Source: Elusimicrobiales bacterium
GTDB lineage: Bacteria; Elusimicrobiota; Elusimicrobia; Elusimicrobiales; Elusimicrobiaceae
NCBI GenBank assembly: GCA_028688475.1
Contig: JAQTYB010000002.1
Coordinates: forward strand, 10,126-74,125
Length of the DNA: 64,000 nucleotides
Direction of reading: 5' to 3'
Both the position numbers and the translations under genes were made by a program. The notes beneath the pieces were generated by a model, which saw only the letters and a program-made list of their open reading frames with translations, was not told the DNA's origin and made no database searches. This document shows positions 32,654 through 42,707 of this stretch, piece after piece; position 1 is the stretch's first letter, and the number at the start of each line of letters is the position of its first letter.

Positions 32654-34798
32654 TTGAAATATCCACTTGCTCTGCTCATCGCGGCTTGCCCGTTCGCCGC
32701 GTACGCTCAGACTTCCGCATCGTCCGTGAACCCGTTCTTTGAGCCCAGCGCGCTGCCTTATCAGCTTCCGCCGTTCGACAAGATAGCGAACGCGGATTTC
32801 AGGCCCGCATACGAGGCCGGAATGGCCGGGCAGCGCAGGGAGGTTGATGCCATCGCGCAGAACGCCTCCGAGCCGACTTTCGAAAATACCATCGTCGCCC
32901 TCGAGCGTTCTGGCAGACTGCTGACGCGCGTGTCAAAAACGTTCTCCAATCTCAACGTCTCAAACACCGACGACGAGATGCAGAAGATTGAAGCGGATAT
33001 GGCGCCGAGGCTGGCGGCCCATCAGGACGCCATCAATCTCGACCCCGCTTTGTTCGCGCGGGTTGACGCGCTCTACCGGCGGCGCGAAAGCCTGGGTTTG
33101 GACGCGGAATCCGCGCAATTGCTCGACCGCTATTATAAAAATTTCGTGCGCGCCGGAGCGCGGCTGGCGCCAGCCGACAAAGCGGCGCTTAAGGAGATAA
33201 ACAAGGTCCTGTCTTCGCTGACAACGCAATTCGGGCAGAACCTGCTCAAGGCGACAAAAAGCGGCGCCGTCGTAGTGGACGCCGCCGCGGATCTGGACGG
33301 GTTGTCCGCCGAGCAGGCAGGCGCCGCGGCGGAGGCGGCGAAGGCGCGCGGACTCGCCGGAAAATGGGTCATCACCCTGCAAAACACGACGGTGCAGCCG
33401 CCGCTGGAGCAGTTGAAGAGCCGCGCTTTGCGCGAGCGCATCTACCGCGCCTCCAGCGAGCGGGGAAACGGCGGCGAGTTCGACAACACGGGCCTCGTCT
33501 CCCAAATCGCGGCGCTGCGGGCCAGGCAGGCCGCGCTTCTCGGCTACCGCAATTACGCCGCATATTCGCTTGAGGATGAGTCCGCCGGCACTCCTGAAGC
33601 GGTCAACCGGATGCTCGGCCAACTGGGCCCTGCGGCGCTTGTCAAGGCGAAAAGCGAGGCCGAAGACATCCAGCGGCTCATAGACGCACAGGCGCAAGCC
33701 GGGCGCGCGCCGTCGTTTCAGTTGCAGCCGTGGGACTGGCCGTTTTACGCGCAGCAGGCGCGCAAGGCGCGCTACGACTTCGACGATGCGCAGGTGAAGC
33801 CCTATTTCGAGCTCGACCGCGTTCTGCGGGACGGCGTTTTCTTCGTCGCGCATGAACTTTACGGCCTGGCATTCAAGGAGCGTACGGACCTGCCGGTGTA
33901 CCGCTCCGACGTGCGCGTATTCGAGGTTTTCGATGCGGACGGCTCGCCGCTGGGCCTGCTGCTCCGCGACGATTTCAAGCGCGACAACAAAAAAGGCGGG
34001 GCGTGGATGGACGCCTTTGTGGACCAGGTCGGCTTGTTCGGGCAGAAACCGGTGATAATCAACAATCTCAACATCTCCAAGCCGCCTGCGGGTCAGCCGG
34101 TGCTGATGACGCTCGATGAAGTTATAACGATGTTTCACGAATTCGGCCACGCGCTGCACGGCCTGTTGTCGAACGTCAGGTATCCGACGTTGGCTGGCAC
34201 AAACGTTCCGGCGGATTTTGTGGAATATCCGTCGCAGTTCAACGAGATGTGGGTCCGCGAACCCGCTGTGCTGGCGCATTTCGCCAGGGACTACCGGACC
34301 GGAGAGCCGATGCCCGAAGCGCTGCTGCAAAAAGTGCTGTCGTCTCAAACTTACGGGGAGGGCTATGGCACCGCCGAGTATGTGTCCGCCGCGATGATAG
34401 ACCAGTCCTGGCATCAGCTGGCCGCGCCGGACGCGCCGCCCGCCGCCGGAGTCATGGCGTTCGAAAAAGCCGCTCTCGAAAAGAACGGCATGGCATACGG
34501 TCCGGTGCCGCCGCGCTACCACACGCCTTATTTCGCGCATGTTTTCAGCGGCGGTTATCAGGCGGCCTATTACGCCTATATCTGGAGCGAAGTGCTTGCG
34601 CGCGATACCGGCCGCTGGTTCCATGCGCACGGCGGGCTCAACCGCGCCAACGGCGGTTTGTTCCGCGACAAGGTGCTTTCGCGGGGCCGCACGCTGGAGC
34701 CGGGCGTGCTTTTCGAGCGGTTCTACGGACAGCCGCCGGACATCAAACCGCTGCTCGACTACCGGGGGCTGGTTTTGCCGGAGGCGAAACCGCAGTAA
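32654..34798 (+). CDS. dcp: M3-family peptidyl-dipeptidase (Dcp-like), secreted
   Basis: 714-aa ORF with a TTG start preceded by AAGGAG and a signal peptide (MKYPLALLIAACPFAAYA). It has the zinc motif HEFGHALHG. A candidate extended -10, TGCTACAAT, lies at 32603-32611. Confidence 0.85.
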   Translation: MKYPLALLIAACPFAAYAQTSASSVNPFFEPSALPYQLPPFDKIANADFRPAYEAGMAGQRREVDAIAQNASEPTFENTIVALERSGRLLTRVSKTFSNLNVSNTDDEMQKIEADMAPRLAAHQDAINLDPALFARVDALYRRRESLGLDAESAQLLDRYYKNFVRAGARLAPADKAALKEINKVLSSLTTQFGQNLLKATKSGAVVVDAAADLDGLSAEQAGAAAEAAKARGLAGKWVITLQNTTVQPPLEQLKSRALRERIYRASSERGNGGEFDNTGLVSQIAALRARQAALLGYRNYAAYSLEDESAGTPEAVNRMLGQLGPAALVKAKSEAEDIQRLIDAQAQAGRAPSFQLQPWDWPFYAQQARKARYDFDDAQVKPYFELDRVLRDGVFFVAHELYGLAFKERTDLPVYRSDVRVFEVFDADGSPLGLLLRDDFKRDNKKGGAWMDAFVDQVGLFGQKPVIINNLNISKPPAGQPVLMTLDEVITMFHEFGHALHGLLSNVRYPTLAGTNVPADFVEYPSQFNEMWVREPAVLAHFARDYRTGEPMPEALLQKVLSSQTYGEGYGTAEYVSAAMIDQSWHQLAAPDAPPAAGVMAFEKAALEKNGMAYGPVPPRYHTPYFAHVFSGGYQAAYYAYIWSEVLARDTGRWFHAHGGLNRANGGLFRDKVLSRGRTLEPGVLFERFYGQPPDIKPLLDYRGLVLPEAKPQ

Positions 34799-34837
34799 GC
34801 CTGTTTCTTTATCCCGCTGCCGACTGCGGTTTTTGGG

Positions 34838-35950
34838 TTAATTCAGTCTCGTTTTGAACCTCGCCGCGCTTACGGCGGCGATTGCCGCGCCTATGGCGCA
34901 CAGCGCGCCGATATTCGTCCAGAAAACGCCCCAGTCGCCGCCTTTTAGCATGATGTTGCGCAGCAGTTTAGCGAAATACATCAGCGGGTTGAGATACGCC
35001 AGCAGCCGCCAGCCCGCCGGAATATTCTCGACCGGAAACATCACTCCCGACAGCAGCAGCGCAGGAAACAGGAATATGAAGCCGCCCATCATCGCCTGCT
35101 GCTGGTTTTGCGCGAAGGTCGAAATCAGCACGCCCACCATGACCGTGGTGCTCACGAAAACAAATCCTGCGCCGGCAAGCTGAAAAAGACTGCCGCGCAG
35201 CGGCACGCCAAACAGCGTCACGGCGGCGGCGATAATGATCGGAATCTCCGCCAGTCCCAAAAGTATATAAGGCACTGTTTTGCCGGCCAGAATCTCGCCG
35301 GTGGAAACGGGCGCGGAAATAAGCGTTTCAAAGGTTCCGGTTTCGCGCTCGCGCGCTATCGCCATGCTGGTTACTATGACGGTAATGATGCACAGTATCA
35401 TCGCCATTATCCCCGGCACCAGAAATATCGCCGATTCGAGCGACGGGTTGTAAAGCACGCGCAGGTCCAGCTTCACGGGCGGCAGGGGCGGCGCCTGGGA
35501 ATTGTCCGCCAGCGCCCGCGCAATCACATTTTTGACGTAAGCTTCCACCTGCCTCGCGCGGGATGCGTTTGCGGCGTCTATAAGCAGCTGAATTTTGGCG
35601 TTGCCGCGCTCCAGCGCGCGGCGCAGCCCTTCGGGCGCAACCGCCACAACCGCTTCGGTGCGTTTTTCGCGCAGGAGCGTCGCGTAATCCTGCGCTGCGG
35701 GGGAGTCAATCCGCACGGCGGAAAACCAGCCGGACGCGACGGCGCGTTCCTCTATGCGCCGCGCCAGATAGTCGCCCGGGCGGCTTACCACGGTCAGACT
35801 TATGTTTTTGACTTCGCTGGAAATCGCCAGCCCGAAAATAGTCAATTGTATGACGGGCACGAGAAAGATGAGCGTCGCCAGCCGCGGGTCCCTTAACGCC
35901 TGCGTCAGCTCTTTTTTGATGAATCCCACAATCGCGGGGTTGAGTTTCAT
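34838..35950 (-). CDS. ABC-2 type transporter permease (YbhR/YbhS-like)
   Basis: 370-aa ORF with an N-terminal TM helix, a large extracytoplasmic loop and five C-terminal TM helices. It has a 4-nt overlap with the upstream permease gene. Confidence 0.8.
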   Translation of the reverse strand: MKLNPAIVGFIKKELTQALRDPRLATLIFLVPVIQLTIFGLAISSEVKNISLTVVSRPGDYLARRIEERAVASGWFSAVRIDSPAAQDYATLLREKRTEAVVAVAPEGLRRALERGNAKIQLLIDAANASRARQVEAYVKNVIARALADNSQAPPLPPVKLDLRVLYNPSLESAIFLVPGIMAMILCIITVIVTSMAIARERETGTFETLISAPVSTGEILAGKTVPYILLGLAEIPIIIAAAVTLFGVPLRGSLFQLAGAGFVFVSTTVMVGVLISTFAQNQQQAMMGGFIFLFPALLLSGVMFPVENIPAGWRLLAYLNPLMYFAKLLRNIMLKGGDWGVFWTNIGALCAIGAAIAAVSAARFKTRLN

Positions 35951-37062
35951 GGTTCGATATCCGTTTTGAATTTTTTCACCGCCAGCGTAATCAAAACAGT
36001 GTTAATAGCCAAAAGGGCGGACAGCGGCCTTGCAAGCTCCATAAATCCCGCTCCTTTCAAAAATACGCCGCGGCTTATCTCCATGAACCAGCGCGGCGAG
36101 AGTATCATCGTGAAATATCGGAAAAACACGGGCATGCTTTCCACCGGGAATATGAAGCCGGAAAGCAGAAACGCCGGCAGCAGCCCCGATATCATCGAGA
36201 GCTGCATCGCCAGCCGCTGCTGGCGCGCCACTACGGAAATCAGCAGCCCCTGCGCCAGCGCCGCGGTGATGAAAACGGAGCACGCTGTCCAGTAAACAAT
36301 CCGGCTGCCGTTGAACGGCACGCCGAATACCAGCCGTGCCGCGAGATAAACCGTCACCGTCCCCGTCAGGCTGAGCGCGAAATACGGGAGCAGTTTCCCC
36401 GCCACTATCTCAAGCGGGCGCACCGGGGTGGAAAGCAGCAGCTCCATCGAGCCGTTTTCCCATTCGCGCGCCACGGTCATCGCGGTAAGCAGCACGCCCA
36501 GCAGCCCGATAATCACGGTAGCCAGCGCCGGCACGATAAACCAGCGGCTGCTCAACTCCTGATTGAACAAAAACCGCGTGCGGATTTCCGGCGAATTTCG
36601 CGGCGGAGTCTGCGCGAATTTCCGGTTCGCCGCGTCCATTATTCCGGCGAGATAACTTAACACCACGCCGGTTTTGGAATTGTCCGCGCCGTCAAGCAGC
36701 AATTGCGCTTCGCCCTGCCTGCCGGATTTTATGTGGCGCCCGAAATTTTCCTTTATCACCAGTACGCCGGAGGCTTTTTCGGAATCAAGCCAACTGACCG
36801 GCGCTATCTCCGAGGAAAACGGCTCCAGCCGGAAATAGCCCGACGAGGAGAATGTCCGCGCGAATTCCCGCGAGAGGCGCGTATGGTCCTGGTCCTGCAC
36901 CTTCAGCCCGATGTCGCCGTAATTGAGGTCTATGATAAAACCGAACATCAGCAGCAAAAGCAACGGCAGCCCGAGCCCCAGCGCCAGCGTGAACGGGTCG
37001 CGCAGAATGTGGCGCACCTCCTTGAGCGCGATTGCCAGCGCGCGGGCCGCGTTGAAATTCAT
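35947..37062 (-). CDS. ABC-2 type transporter permease (YbhS/YbhR-like)
   Basis: ORF 35947-37164 trimmed to ATG 37062 (MNFNAARALAIALKEVRHILRDP), which overlaps the stop of the ATPase gene. Confidence 0.8.
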   Translation of the reverse strand: MNFNAARALAIALKEVRHILRDPFTLALGLGLPLLLLLMFGFIIDLNYGDIGLKVQDQDHTRLSREFARTFSSSGYFRLEPFSSEIAPVSWLDSEKASGVLVIKENFGRHIKSGRQGEAQLLLDGADNSKTGVVLSYLAGIMDAANRKFAQTPPRNSPEIRTRFLFNQELSSRWFIVPALATVIIGLLGVLLTAMTVAREWENGSMELLLSTPVRPLEIVAGKLLPYFALSLTGTVTVYLAARLVFGVPFNGSRIVYWTACSVFITAALAQGLLISVVARQQRLAMQLSMISGLLPAFLLSGFIFPVESMPVFFRYFTMILSPRWFMEISRGVFLKGAGFMELARPLSALLAINTVLITLAVKKFKTDIEP

Positions 37063-37982
37063 GCCGCGCCGCCTCCCACGAGCTTGAGGAAAACATCTTC
37101 CAGCGTAGGCGCTATGCGCCGCTGCGAAAACTGTCCCGCGCGCTCCGCTGAAAACTTGCGCCACAAATCGGCGTTTTGTTCCTCAAGGTGATAGCGCAGC
37201 CCCCAGGGCCGCACTGGCCCCGCGCCGGAGGCAGCCAGCGCCGCGGCGAAATCCGATTCCGCCGCCGGAGAGGGGGAAATTTCGTAGAGCGGGTGCGGAA
37301 AATTGGCGGCTTTCAGATTTTGCGGAGTGTCCAGCGCCGCTATGCGGCCCGTTTGCATAAGCGAGACGCGTCCGCACTGCTCGGCTTCGTCCATGTAATG
37401 CGTGGTGACGAAAACAGTCTTGCCCGCCGCCGAAAGCTGTTTTATCAGGTTCCAGAACCGCGCCCGCGAGGCGGGGGAAACCCCCGCCGTCGGTTCGTCG
37501 AGGAAGATTATCGCCGGGTCGTGCAGCAGCGAGGCGCAAAGCGCCACCTCCTGCTTTACCCCGCCGGACAGATTTTGCACCAGCGTGTCCTGCGGATAGG
37601 AGAACCCCGTGAACCGGAAAAGCTCTTTTGAGCGCGCAAGAATCCTGCGCGCCGGCATTTTCCTCAACGCTCCGGCGAAGGCGATATTTTCGCGCACCGT
37701 AAGGTCCGGGTAGAGCGTAAACCGCTGCGACATGTAGCCCACGAGAGTTTTTATCGCCATGAGGTCGTCGGCCACATTGCGGCCCGCGACGGTGATTTTG
37801 CCCGCTGTCGGGCTCAGCAGTCCGCAGATGGCGCGTATGCAGGTTGTCTTTCCCGCGCCGTTTGCGCCGAGGAAACCGAAAATCTCCCCCGCTTCCACGC
37901 AAAACGAGATATCGTCCACGGCCTTGAAAGCGCCGAAGGCGATGGTCAGGTTTTCCACGTTGACCGCCACGTCGGCGCTCAC
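37059..37982 (-). CDS. ABC transporter ATP-binding protein
   Basis: Walker A GANGAGKTT, signature LSGGVKQ and Walker B IIFLDEP. Confidence 0.9.
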   Translation of the reverse strand: MSADVAVNVENLTIAFGAFKAVDDISFCVEAGEIFGFLGANGAGKTTCIRAICGLLSPTAGKITVAGRNVADDLMAIKTLVGYMSQRFTLYPDLTVRENIAFAGALRKMPARRILARSKELFRFTGFSYPQDTLVQNLSGGVKQEVALCASLLHDPAIIFLDEPTAGVSPASRARFWNLIKQLSAAGKTVFVTTHYMDEAEQCGRVSLMQTGRIAALDTPQNLKAANFPHPLYEISPSPAAESDFAAALAASGAGPVRPWGLRYHLEEQNADLWRKFSAERAGQFSQRRIAPTLEDVFLKLVGGGAA

Positions 37983-38707
37983 TTGCCCTCCCGCAGAAAA
38001 ACTTTCTCGAAGCTTGCCGCGCCGAGTTTCTCAAGCAGCGCGCCCGGCTCGCCTCCGGCGAGCAGTTTTCCGTTTTCCAGCAGTTGCACCCGGGCGCAGC
38101 GCTCGGCTTCGTCCATGTATGAGGTGGACATTATTATCGTCATCCTCCCCGCCGAGAAATCGTGCATCAGGTCCCACAGTTCCCGGCGGCTGACAGGGTC
38201 CACGCCGATGGTCGGTTCGTCGAGCAGCAGTATTTCCGGCGCGTGCAGCAGCACGCAAATCAGCCCCAGTTTTTTATACATCCCGCCGGAGAGCTGCCCC
38301 GCGCGCCGGTTTCTGAATTTTTCCAGCCGCGCCAGATGCAGCAGCGCTTCGCTTTTTTGCGCGAATTCCGCGCGCGGCAGTTGGTAGAGGTCGCGGAAAA
38401 ATTCCAGATGTTCGGCGCAGGACAAATCCGGGTAAAGGCTTGGTTCCTGCGGGAAATAAGCGATTTCAGGACGGATGTCGCCAAACGGAATTTGTGCTCC
38501 GCCGCGCGAAAAGCGCACCGCGCCGGAATCGGGATGCAGCAGTCCCGCCAGTATGCGCAGCAGCGTGGTTTTCCCCGCGCCGTTTGGGCCGATTATCCCG
38601 TGCAGCAGTCCGCCCTTGAAATCCAGCGAAACAGCGTCAAGCGCGCGGGTTTTGCCAAGCGTTTTTGTCACGCTTTCGAGTTTTATTCCAGCCGCCGCTG
38701 TTTGCAT
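37979..38707 (-). CDS. ABC transporter ATP-binding protein
   Basis: Walker A GPNGAGKTT, signature LSGGMYKK and Walker B LLLDEP. It has a 4-nt overlap with the next gene. Confidence 0.9.
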   Translation of the reverse strand: MQTAAAGIKLESVTKTLGKTRALDAVSLDFKGGLLHGIIGPNGAGKTTLLRILAGLLHPDSGAVRFSRGGAQIPFGDIRPEIAYFPQEPSLYPDLSCAEHLEFFRDLYQLPRAEFAQKSEALLHLARLEKFRNRRAGQLSGGMYKKLGLICVLLHAPEILLLDEPTIGVDPVSRRELWDLMHDFSAGRMTIIMSTSYMDEAERCARVQLLENGKLLAGGEPGALLEKLGAASFEKVFLREGK

Positions 38708-38716
38708 TTGGAACCT

Positions 38717-39439
38717 CTAATCCGGCAATTTCACCTCTATGGTCATGCCAGGCTTTAGCATGCTGTCCGGGTTTTTGAAAATGATTTTTACGCCGAAAAC
38801 CAGCCGCGTGCGTTCGGCGCGGGTCTGCACGTTTTTAGGGGTGAACTCCGCCTCTTCGTTGATTACGGCTATTTTGCCGGGGAACTGCCTGCCGCCGAGT
38901 TCGGGCAGATAGCCCGGCACTTCCATGCCGGTTGAAAGTTTCGCGATGAGGTCATGCGGTATGTAAACCCAGGCGTAGACTTCGCTCAAATCCGCCAGGG
39001 TGACAAGTTTCGCGCCGGGGCTTATCAACTCGCCCGCCTCGTGGTACTTGTAAAGCACCCGGCCCGCCTCCGGCGCGGTTATGCGGCACCAGCCGGCGCG
39101 CAGCGCGGCGTCGTCGCGGCGGTATTTCAGGCGGTCGTAGTTTTCGCGCGAGAGGCTGCCGGTTTTTAAAAGCTCGTCGGCGCGGTCGTAATCCTTGCGC
39201 GTGATATCGGCGGCGAGGCGCGCGTCGTCGCAGTCCAGCGCCGCGATAAGCGAGTTTTTGGCGATGATATCGCCTTCCTTCACGCGGTAGTCCTGTATCA
39301 CGCCTGAAATGCGGGCGGAGATATCCACTTCGGTGGCTTCTATGGTTCCGGCGTAACGGAAATCCTTCGCCGAGCGCAGTTTCCAGCCCAGCGCGGCTGC
39401 GGCGACGACAAGCGCGGCTATGATTATTTTCCTTTTCAT
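38717..39439 (-). CDS. HlyD-family membrane-fusion (periplasmic adaptor) protein, YbhG-like
   Basis: ORF trimmed to ATG 39439 (MKRKIIIAALVVAAAALGW). It has a lipoyl/barrel-sandwich pattern and the C-terminal MLKPGMTIEV motif. Confidence 0.8.
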   Translation of the reverse strand: MKRKIIIAALVVAAAALGWKLRSAKDFRYAGTIEATEVDISARISGVIQDYRVKEGDIIAKNSLIAALDCDDARLAADITRKDYDRADELLKTGSLSRENYDRLKYRRDDAALRAGWCRITAPEAGRVLYKYHEAGELISPGAKLVTLADLSEVYAWVYIPHDLIAKLSTGMEVPGYLPELGGRQFPGKIAVINEEAEFTPKNVQTRAERTRLVFGVKIIFKNPDSMLKPGMTIEVKLPD

Positions 39440-39443
39440 GGTT

Positions 39444-40787
39444 TCATCTCCCGGCGCTTGCCATGAGGGCAAGCTGTATCAGCATTTGCGCGTCGGTGTT
39501 CGCGGACTGGCTTTTAGCCGCCAGCACGCGCAGGTTTGCGTCCTGCACTTCCAGCCAGGTGGAACGCCCTGCTTTGTAGGCGGAATAGGTCAGCGCGGCG
39601 GCTTCACTAGCTTCCTTGACCGCTTCGGTATTTATGTCCTGCTGAAGTTTCAGCGCGGAAAAAGCGTCGTGCGCCTTGAAGAAATCGCGGCGGATACCGC
39701 GCGCCAGTTCCTGACGGCGCTCGTCGGCGCTTTGGGCGCGGTTTTGCTGTTCTCGGGACCGGGCGTCGCTTCTGCCGTTTTCAAAAAGCGGCAGCGAAAC
39801 GCTGATTCCAGCCGTGTTCTGCCCGTAACTGTAAAGCGAGGGGCCGTTGGGGTAGTCCAGCGAACTGCGGGCCGACAGCAGGACTCTGGGTGATTTATCC
39901 GCCCTGAAACTCTCCGCCGCGGCGCGATAGGACTGCGCCATCATTTCAAGCGAATGCAGGCTCGGGCTTTCCAAATCCGGCATCAGCGCGGAATATTTTT
40001 CCATGTCCGAAAGCAGCGAGGCGGCGGGTTCGGCGGAAACCAGCGCGGTTGGCGGCTCTATGCCGCCGTATTCGGCGTAATTCATGCGGGCGTCGAGCGC
40101 CAGAGACGGGTCGAAGGGGTCTTCCCGCCCGGTGATGGCGGCGAGTTCGCGCAGCGCGCCCGACAGCTCCGCGCGTGCCTGAAGCAGTTCGCGGCGGCGC
40201 GCCAGCACTTCCTGATTCGACATCAGCTCATCAAGGCGGCTTTTGGTTCCCGCCCTGGCGTTGAGCGAGATATCTTCGTGCTGCGATATGGCGAGCTTTA
40301 GCTGGTCACCTAGCAAATATGTCTGCTCAAGCGCCAGCTGCACCTGAAAATAGGCCAGCCGCGCCGAGAGTGTGACCTGGCGGCGCGCGTTTTCCAAATC
40401 CTCCGCTTTGGCGGCGGCGGTTTTTCTCGCGCTTTCCCACGCGGCGCGCGAGCCATTATTGTCGAAAAGCGTCCAGTAGGCCGACGGGCCGATGGAGTAG
40501 TTCCAATTGTCGCCCAGTTGCTTGTTGATTGTGCCAGCGGGCGTTGCCAGGTTTATTTGCGGGATGACGCCGGTGTAGCGCAGCGCGCCTTCCAGCGCCA
40601 CGCGCGGAAACAGGGCGGCCTTCACGTTTTCCGCAGCGTCCCGCGCCGCGGCGGCCTCCGCCAGCGCGCTTTTGATTTGAGGCGATAAATTCATGGCCGA
40701 GGTCTGGCAGTCCGACAACGCGAGATGCGCCGTCTGCGCGGCGTGAGCGGGAAGGGAAAGCATTGCCAGAAGAAAGATGGTTTTCAT
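39444..40787 (-). CDS. TolC-family outer-membrane efflux protein
   Basis: 447-aa ORF with a signal peptide (MKTIFLLAMLSLPAHA) and two OEP repeats. Confidence 0.8.
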   Translation of the reverse strand: MKTIFLLAMLSLPAHAAQTAHLALSDCQTSAMNLSPQIKSALAEAAAARDAAENVKAALFPRVALEGALRYTGVIPQINLATPAGTINKQLGDNWNYSIGPSAYWTLFDNNGSRAAWESARKTAAAKAEDLENARRQVTLSARLAYFQVQLALEQTYLLGDQLKLAISQHEDISLNARAGTKSRLDELMSNQEVLARRRELLQARAELSGALRELAAITGREDPFDPSLALDARMNYAEYGGIEPPTALVSAEPAASLLSDMEKYSALMPDLESPSLHSLEMMAQSYRAAAESFRADKSPRVLLSARSSLDYPNGPSLYSYGQNTAGISVSLPLFENGRSDARSREQQNRAQSADERRQELARGIRRDFFKAHDAFSALKLQQDINTEAVKEASEAAALTYSAYKAGRSTWLEVQDANLRVLAAKSQSANTDAQMLIQLALMASAGR

Positions 40788-41428
40788 ATTTTATTACGCG
40801 GTTCCAGCGCCGCGAGCGCCAGTTCCACGCGCTGCTCCATTGCCTTGTCCGAAATGACAAGTTGTTTTATTACGATGAGCGGCACGGGCAGCAGTGAGGA
40901 AAATCCGTTGCTTTCCGCCACGCCCACCGCGCCGCAGGGCACCACCAGCGGCAGCACCAGCAGCATCAGCATGTTGGGAAACGACGCGTCGCGCCGCAGC
41001 GCGCCGGCCTCCCGGCATTGCTCGACGATATCCAGCAGCAGCATGACATGGGCGGTGAAATTTTCCTTTATGAATAACACGGTTTCCTTTTTGCCGCCAA
41101 CAACGTCTTTGATGAGTGCCGCCAGTATCTGCCGGTTGTCGCGCGCGAATTTGCCGATGGTGAGCAGCGCGGTTTTAAGGCGCTCGCGCGGCTCGCCCGC
41201 GTTTTCAACGCCGAGGCGGAAGTCCCGCATGAATTCGGCGTACATCTCCTTGAGCAGCCGCTGCTCGAACTCCCGCTTGCTCCTGAAATAATAATAGAAC
41301 ATGCCGAGGTTCACTTCCGCCTCGCGGCAGATTTCCCGCACGTTGAGGCCTGTAAGGCCGCGCTTTAGCGCCAGCTTTTTGCCCGCCGTCACAAGCCGCA
41401 GGTCGCTTCCCGAAGATGGACGAGCCAT
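40784..41428 (-). CDS. TetR/AcrR-family transcriptional regulator
   Basis: ORF trimmed to ATG 41428. It has the HTH LTGLNVREICREAEVNLGMFYYYFRSKREF. It is the first gene of the efflux operon. Confidence 0.85.
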   Translation of the reverse strand: MARPSSGSDLRLVTAGKKLALKRGLTGLNVREICREAEVNLGMFYYYFRSKREFEQRLLKEMYAEFMRDFRLGVENAGEPRERLKTALLTIGKFARDNRQILAALIKDVVGGKKETVLFIKENFTAHVMLLLDIVEQCREAGALRRDASFPNMLMLLVLPLVVPCGAVGVAESNGFSSLLPVPLIVIKQLVISDKAMEQRVELALAALEPRNKI

Positions 41429-41438
41429 GAATCCTCCA

Positions 41439-41476
41439 TTGTTATACGCCAGTATAACTATACACCCGCATAACAA
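41439..41476. promoter_or_regulatory. nested palindrome, candidate TetR operator
   Basis: TTGTTATACG...CGCATAACAA (9/10 inverted repeat) encloses GTATAACTATAC. It lies 11 nt upstream of the TetR start codon. Confidence 0.45.
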
Positions 41477-41816
41477 TTTTGTCAAGCGCCAAAATTTGAA
41501 TTAGCGTTGGATTTCTTGTAAGATTTACTCACACAACTCGCACCGCAGCCTTGCACATCTTGCGACGGAGGAGCGCCTATAGCGGGATAGAAATTTCTCT
41601 TTGCGCATAATTTTGACTTGTTTTCGGGAGCCTGCATAAGAGCAGGCTGAGCTTCTGAAGCGATTCGGAAGCCCATTGCACACCGAAAGTGGGTCGCCCG
41701 CTGTTGCCCCCGCAAGGGGGCAGGGCGACACTATTTTGGGCTCGTGCAATGGCTCAGGTGGTGTCGCCTCTTTTATTTGCCATAGCCTGAGCCTAACCAC
41801 AAAATCATGGAGTGGT

Positions 41817-42653
41817 ATGAGCGCAAGGGTAAGCTTGATAATTCCGACTTTCAACAGGGAAGAAGTATTGGCGGCGTCAATACAAGATGCAGTAAATTCC
41901 AAATACCCCGACTTGGAGATAATTGTTGTTGACCAGACGCCAACGCATAAGCCGCAGACAGAAGAATTTTTGCAGTCCGTCGCGTCAAAAATAATCTGGC
42001 TTAGGGAGAAATGCGAGGGCGTGGCAAGGCCGCGTAATATAGGGTTGCGGCAGGCATTCGGTTCCTATATTATTTTCGTTGACGATGATGTCAGATTTGA
42101 CGAAAATTTTGTTGGAAACCATGTCAAAGTCCTCGATTCCGGCGCGGATGTCGTGCAGGGGCGTATCATAGAAGCAAAAGCCGGTCCGACGGACAGGCCG
42201 CAATGGATGGGGTTTTGGATACGTATTTCCGGCAGCAATGATTGTCCTGTCGCTGGTCCGACCAACACAATAACAGGATGCAATTTCAGCCTGAAGCGGG
42301 CGGTATACGACAGGATAGGCGGGTTTGACGAAAGGTTTTCAAATCCCGCCGTTTTCGAGGATGGAGATTGGGGAATGCGCGCTTATGCAACCGGTTTTAA
42401 CATGCGTTATTCTCCCGAACCTGCGTTGCATCATCTGCGAGCCGGCACCGGCGGTGTTGATTCGAGTGTAACGGAGCAACGTTTGTCGGAGAACTATTAC
42501 TTCTGCTGTTTTATGTACGCGTACAAACGTCATCACTGGCTGGCGGTCTTAAGATACACCACAAGGCTTTACATTCGCGGAGCAAAAGCGGCGATTCGCA
42601 TGATTCGGCGAGCAAGGGCTAGAGCAAAAGTGGGGATTGCTCCGGGTTTTTGA
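41817..42653 (+). CDS. family 2 glycosyltransferase
   Basis: ORF 41676-42653 trimmed to ATG 41817 (MSARVSLIIPTFNREEVLAASIQD...EIIVVDQT...IIFVDDDV), which carries the GT2 signatures. It is markedly A/T-richer than its surroundings. Confidence 0.8.
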   Translation: MSARVSLIIPTFNREEVLAASIQDAVNSKYPDLEIIVVDQTPTHKPQTEEFLQSVASKIIWLREKCEGVARPRNIGLRQAFGSYIIFVDDDVRFDENFVGNHVKVLDSGADVVQGRIIEAKAGPTDRPQWMGFWIRISGSNDCPVAGPTNTITGCNFSLKRAVYDRIGGFDERFSNPAVFEDGDWGMRAYATGFNMRYSPEPALHHLRAGTGGVDSSVTEQRLSENYYFCCFMYAYKRHHWLAVLRYTTRLYIRGAKAAIRMIRRARARAKVGIAPGF

Positions 42654-42707
42654 ATTCAGACCACCGTCGGTTAACCATGCCGGTTGGAAAAATGCTATAT
42701 AGTTCTT

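Noticed and set aside
34838-41428. The seven-gene TetR/TolC/HlyD/ABC/ABC-2 operon as a possible novel system.
   Set aside because: Its architecture matches the well-known ybiH-ybhGFSR type efflux system, here with the two ATPase domains as separate genes plus a dedicated TolC. It is ordinary accessory transport and is annotated as features only.
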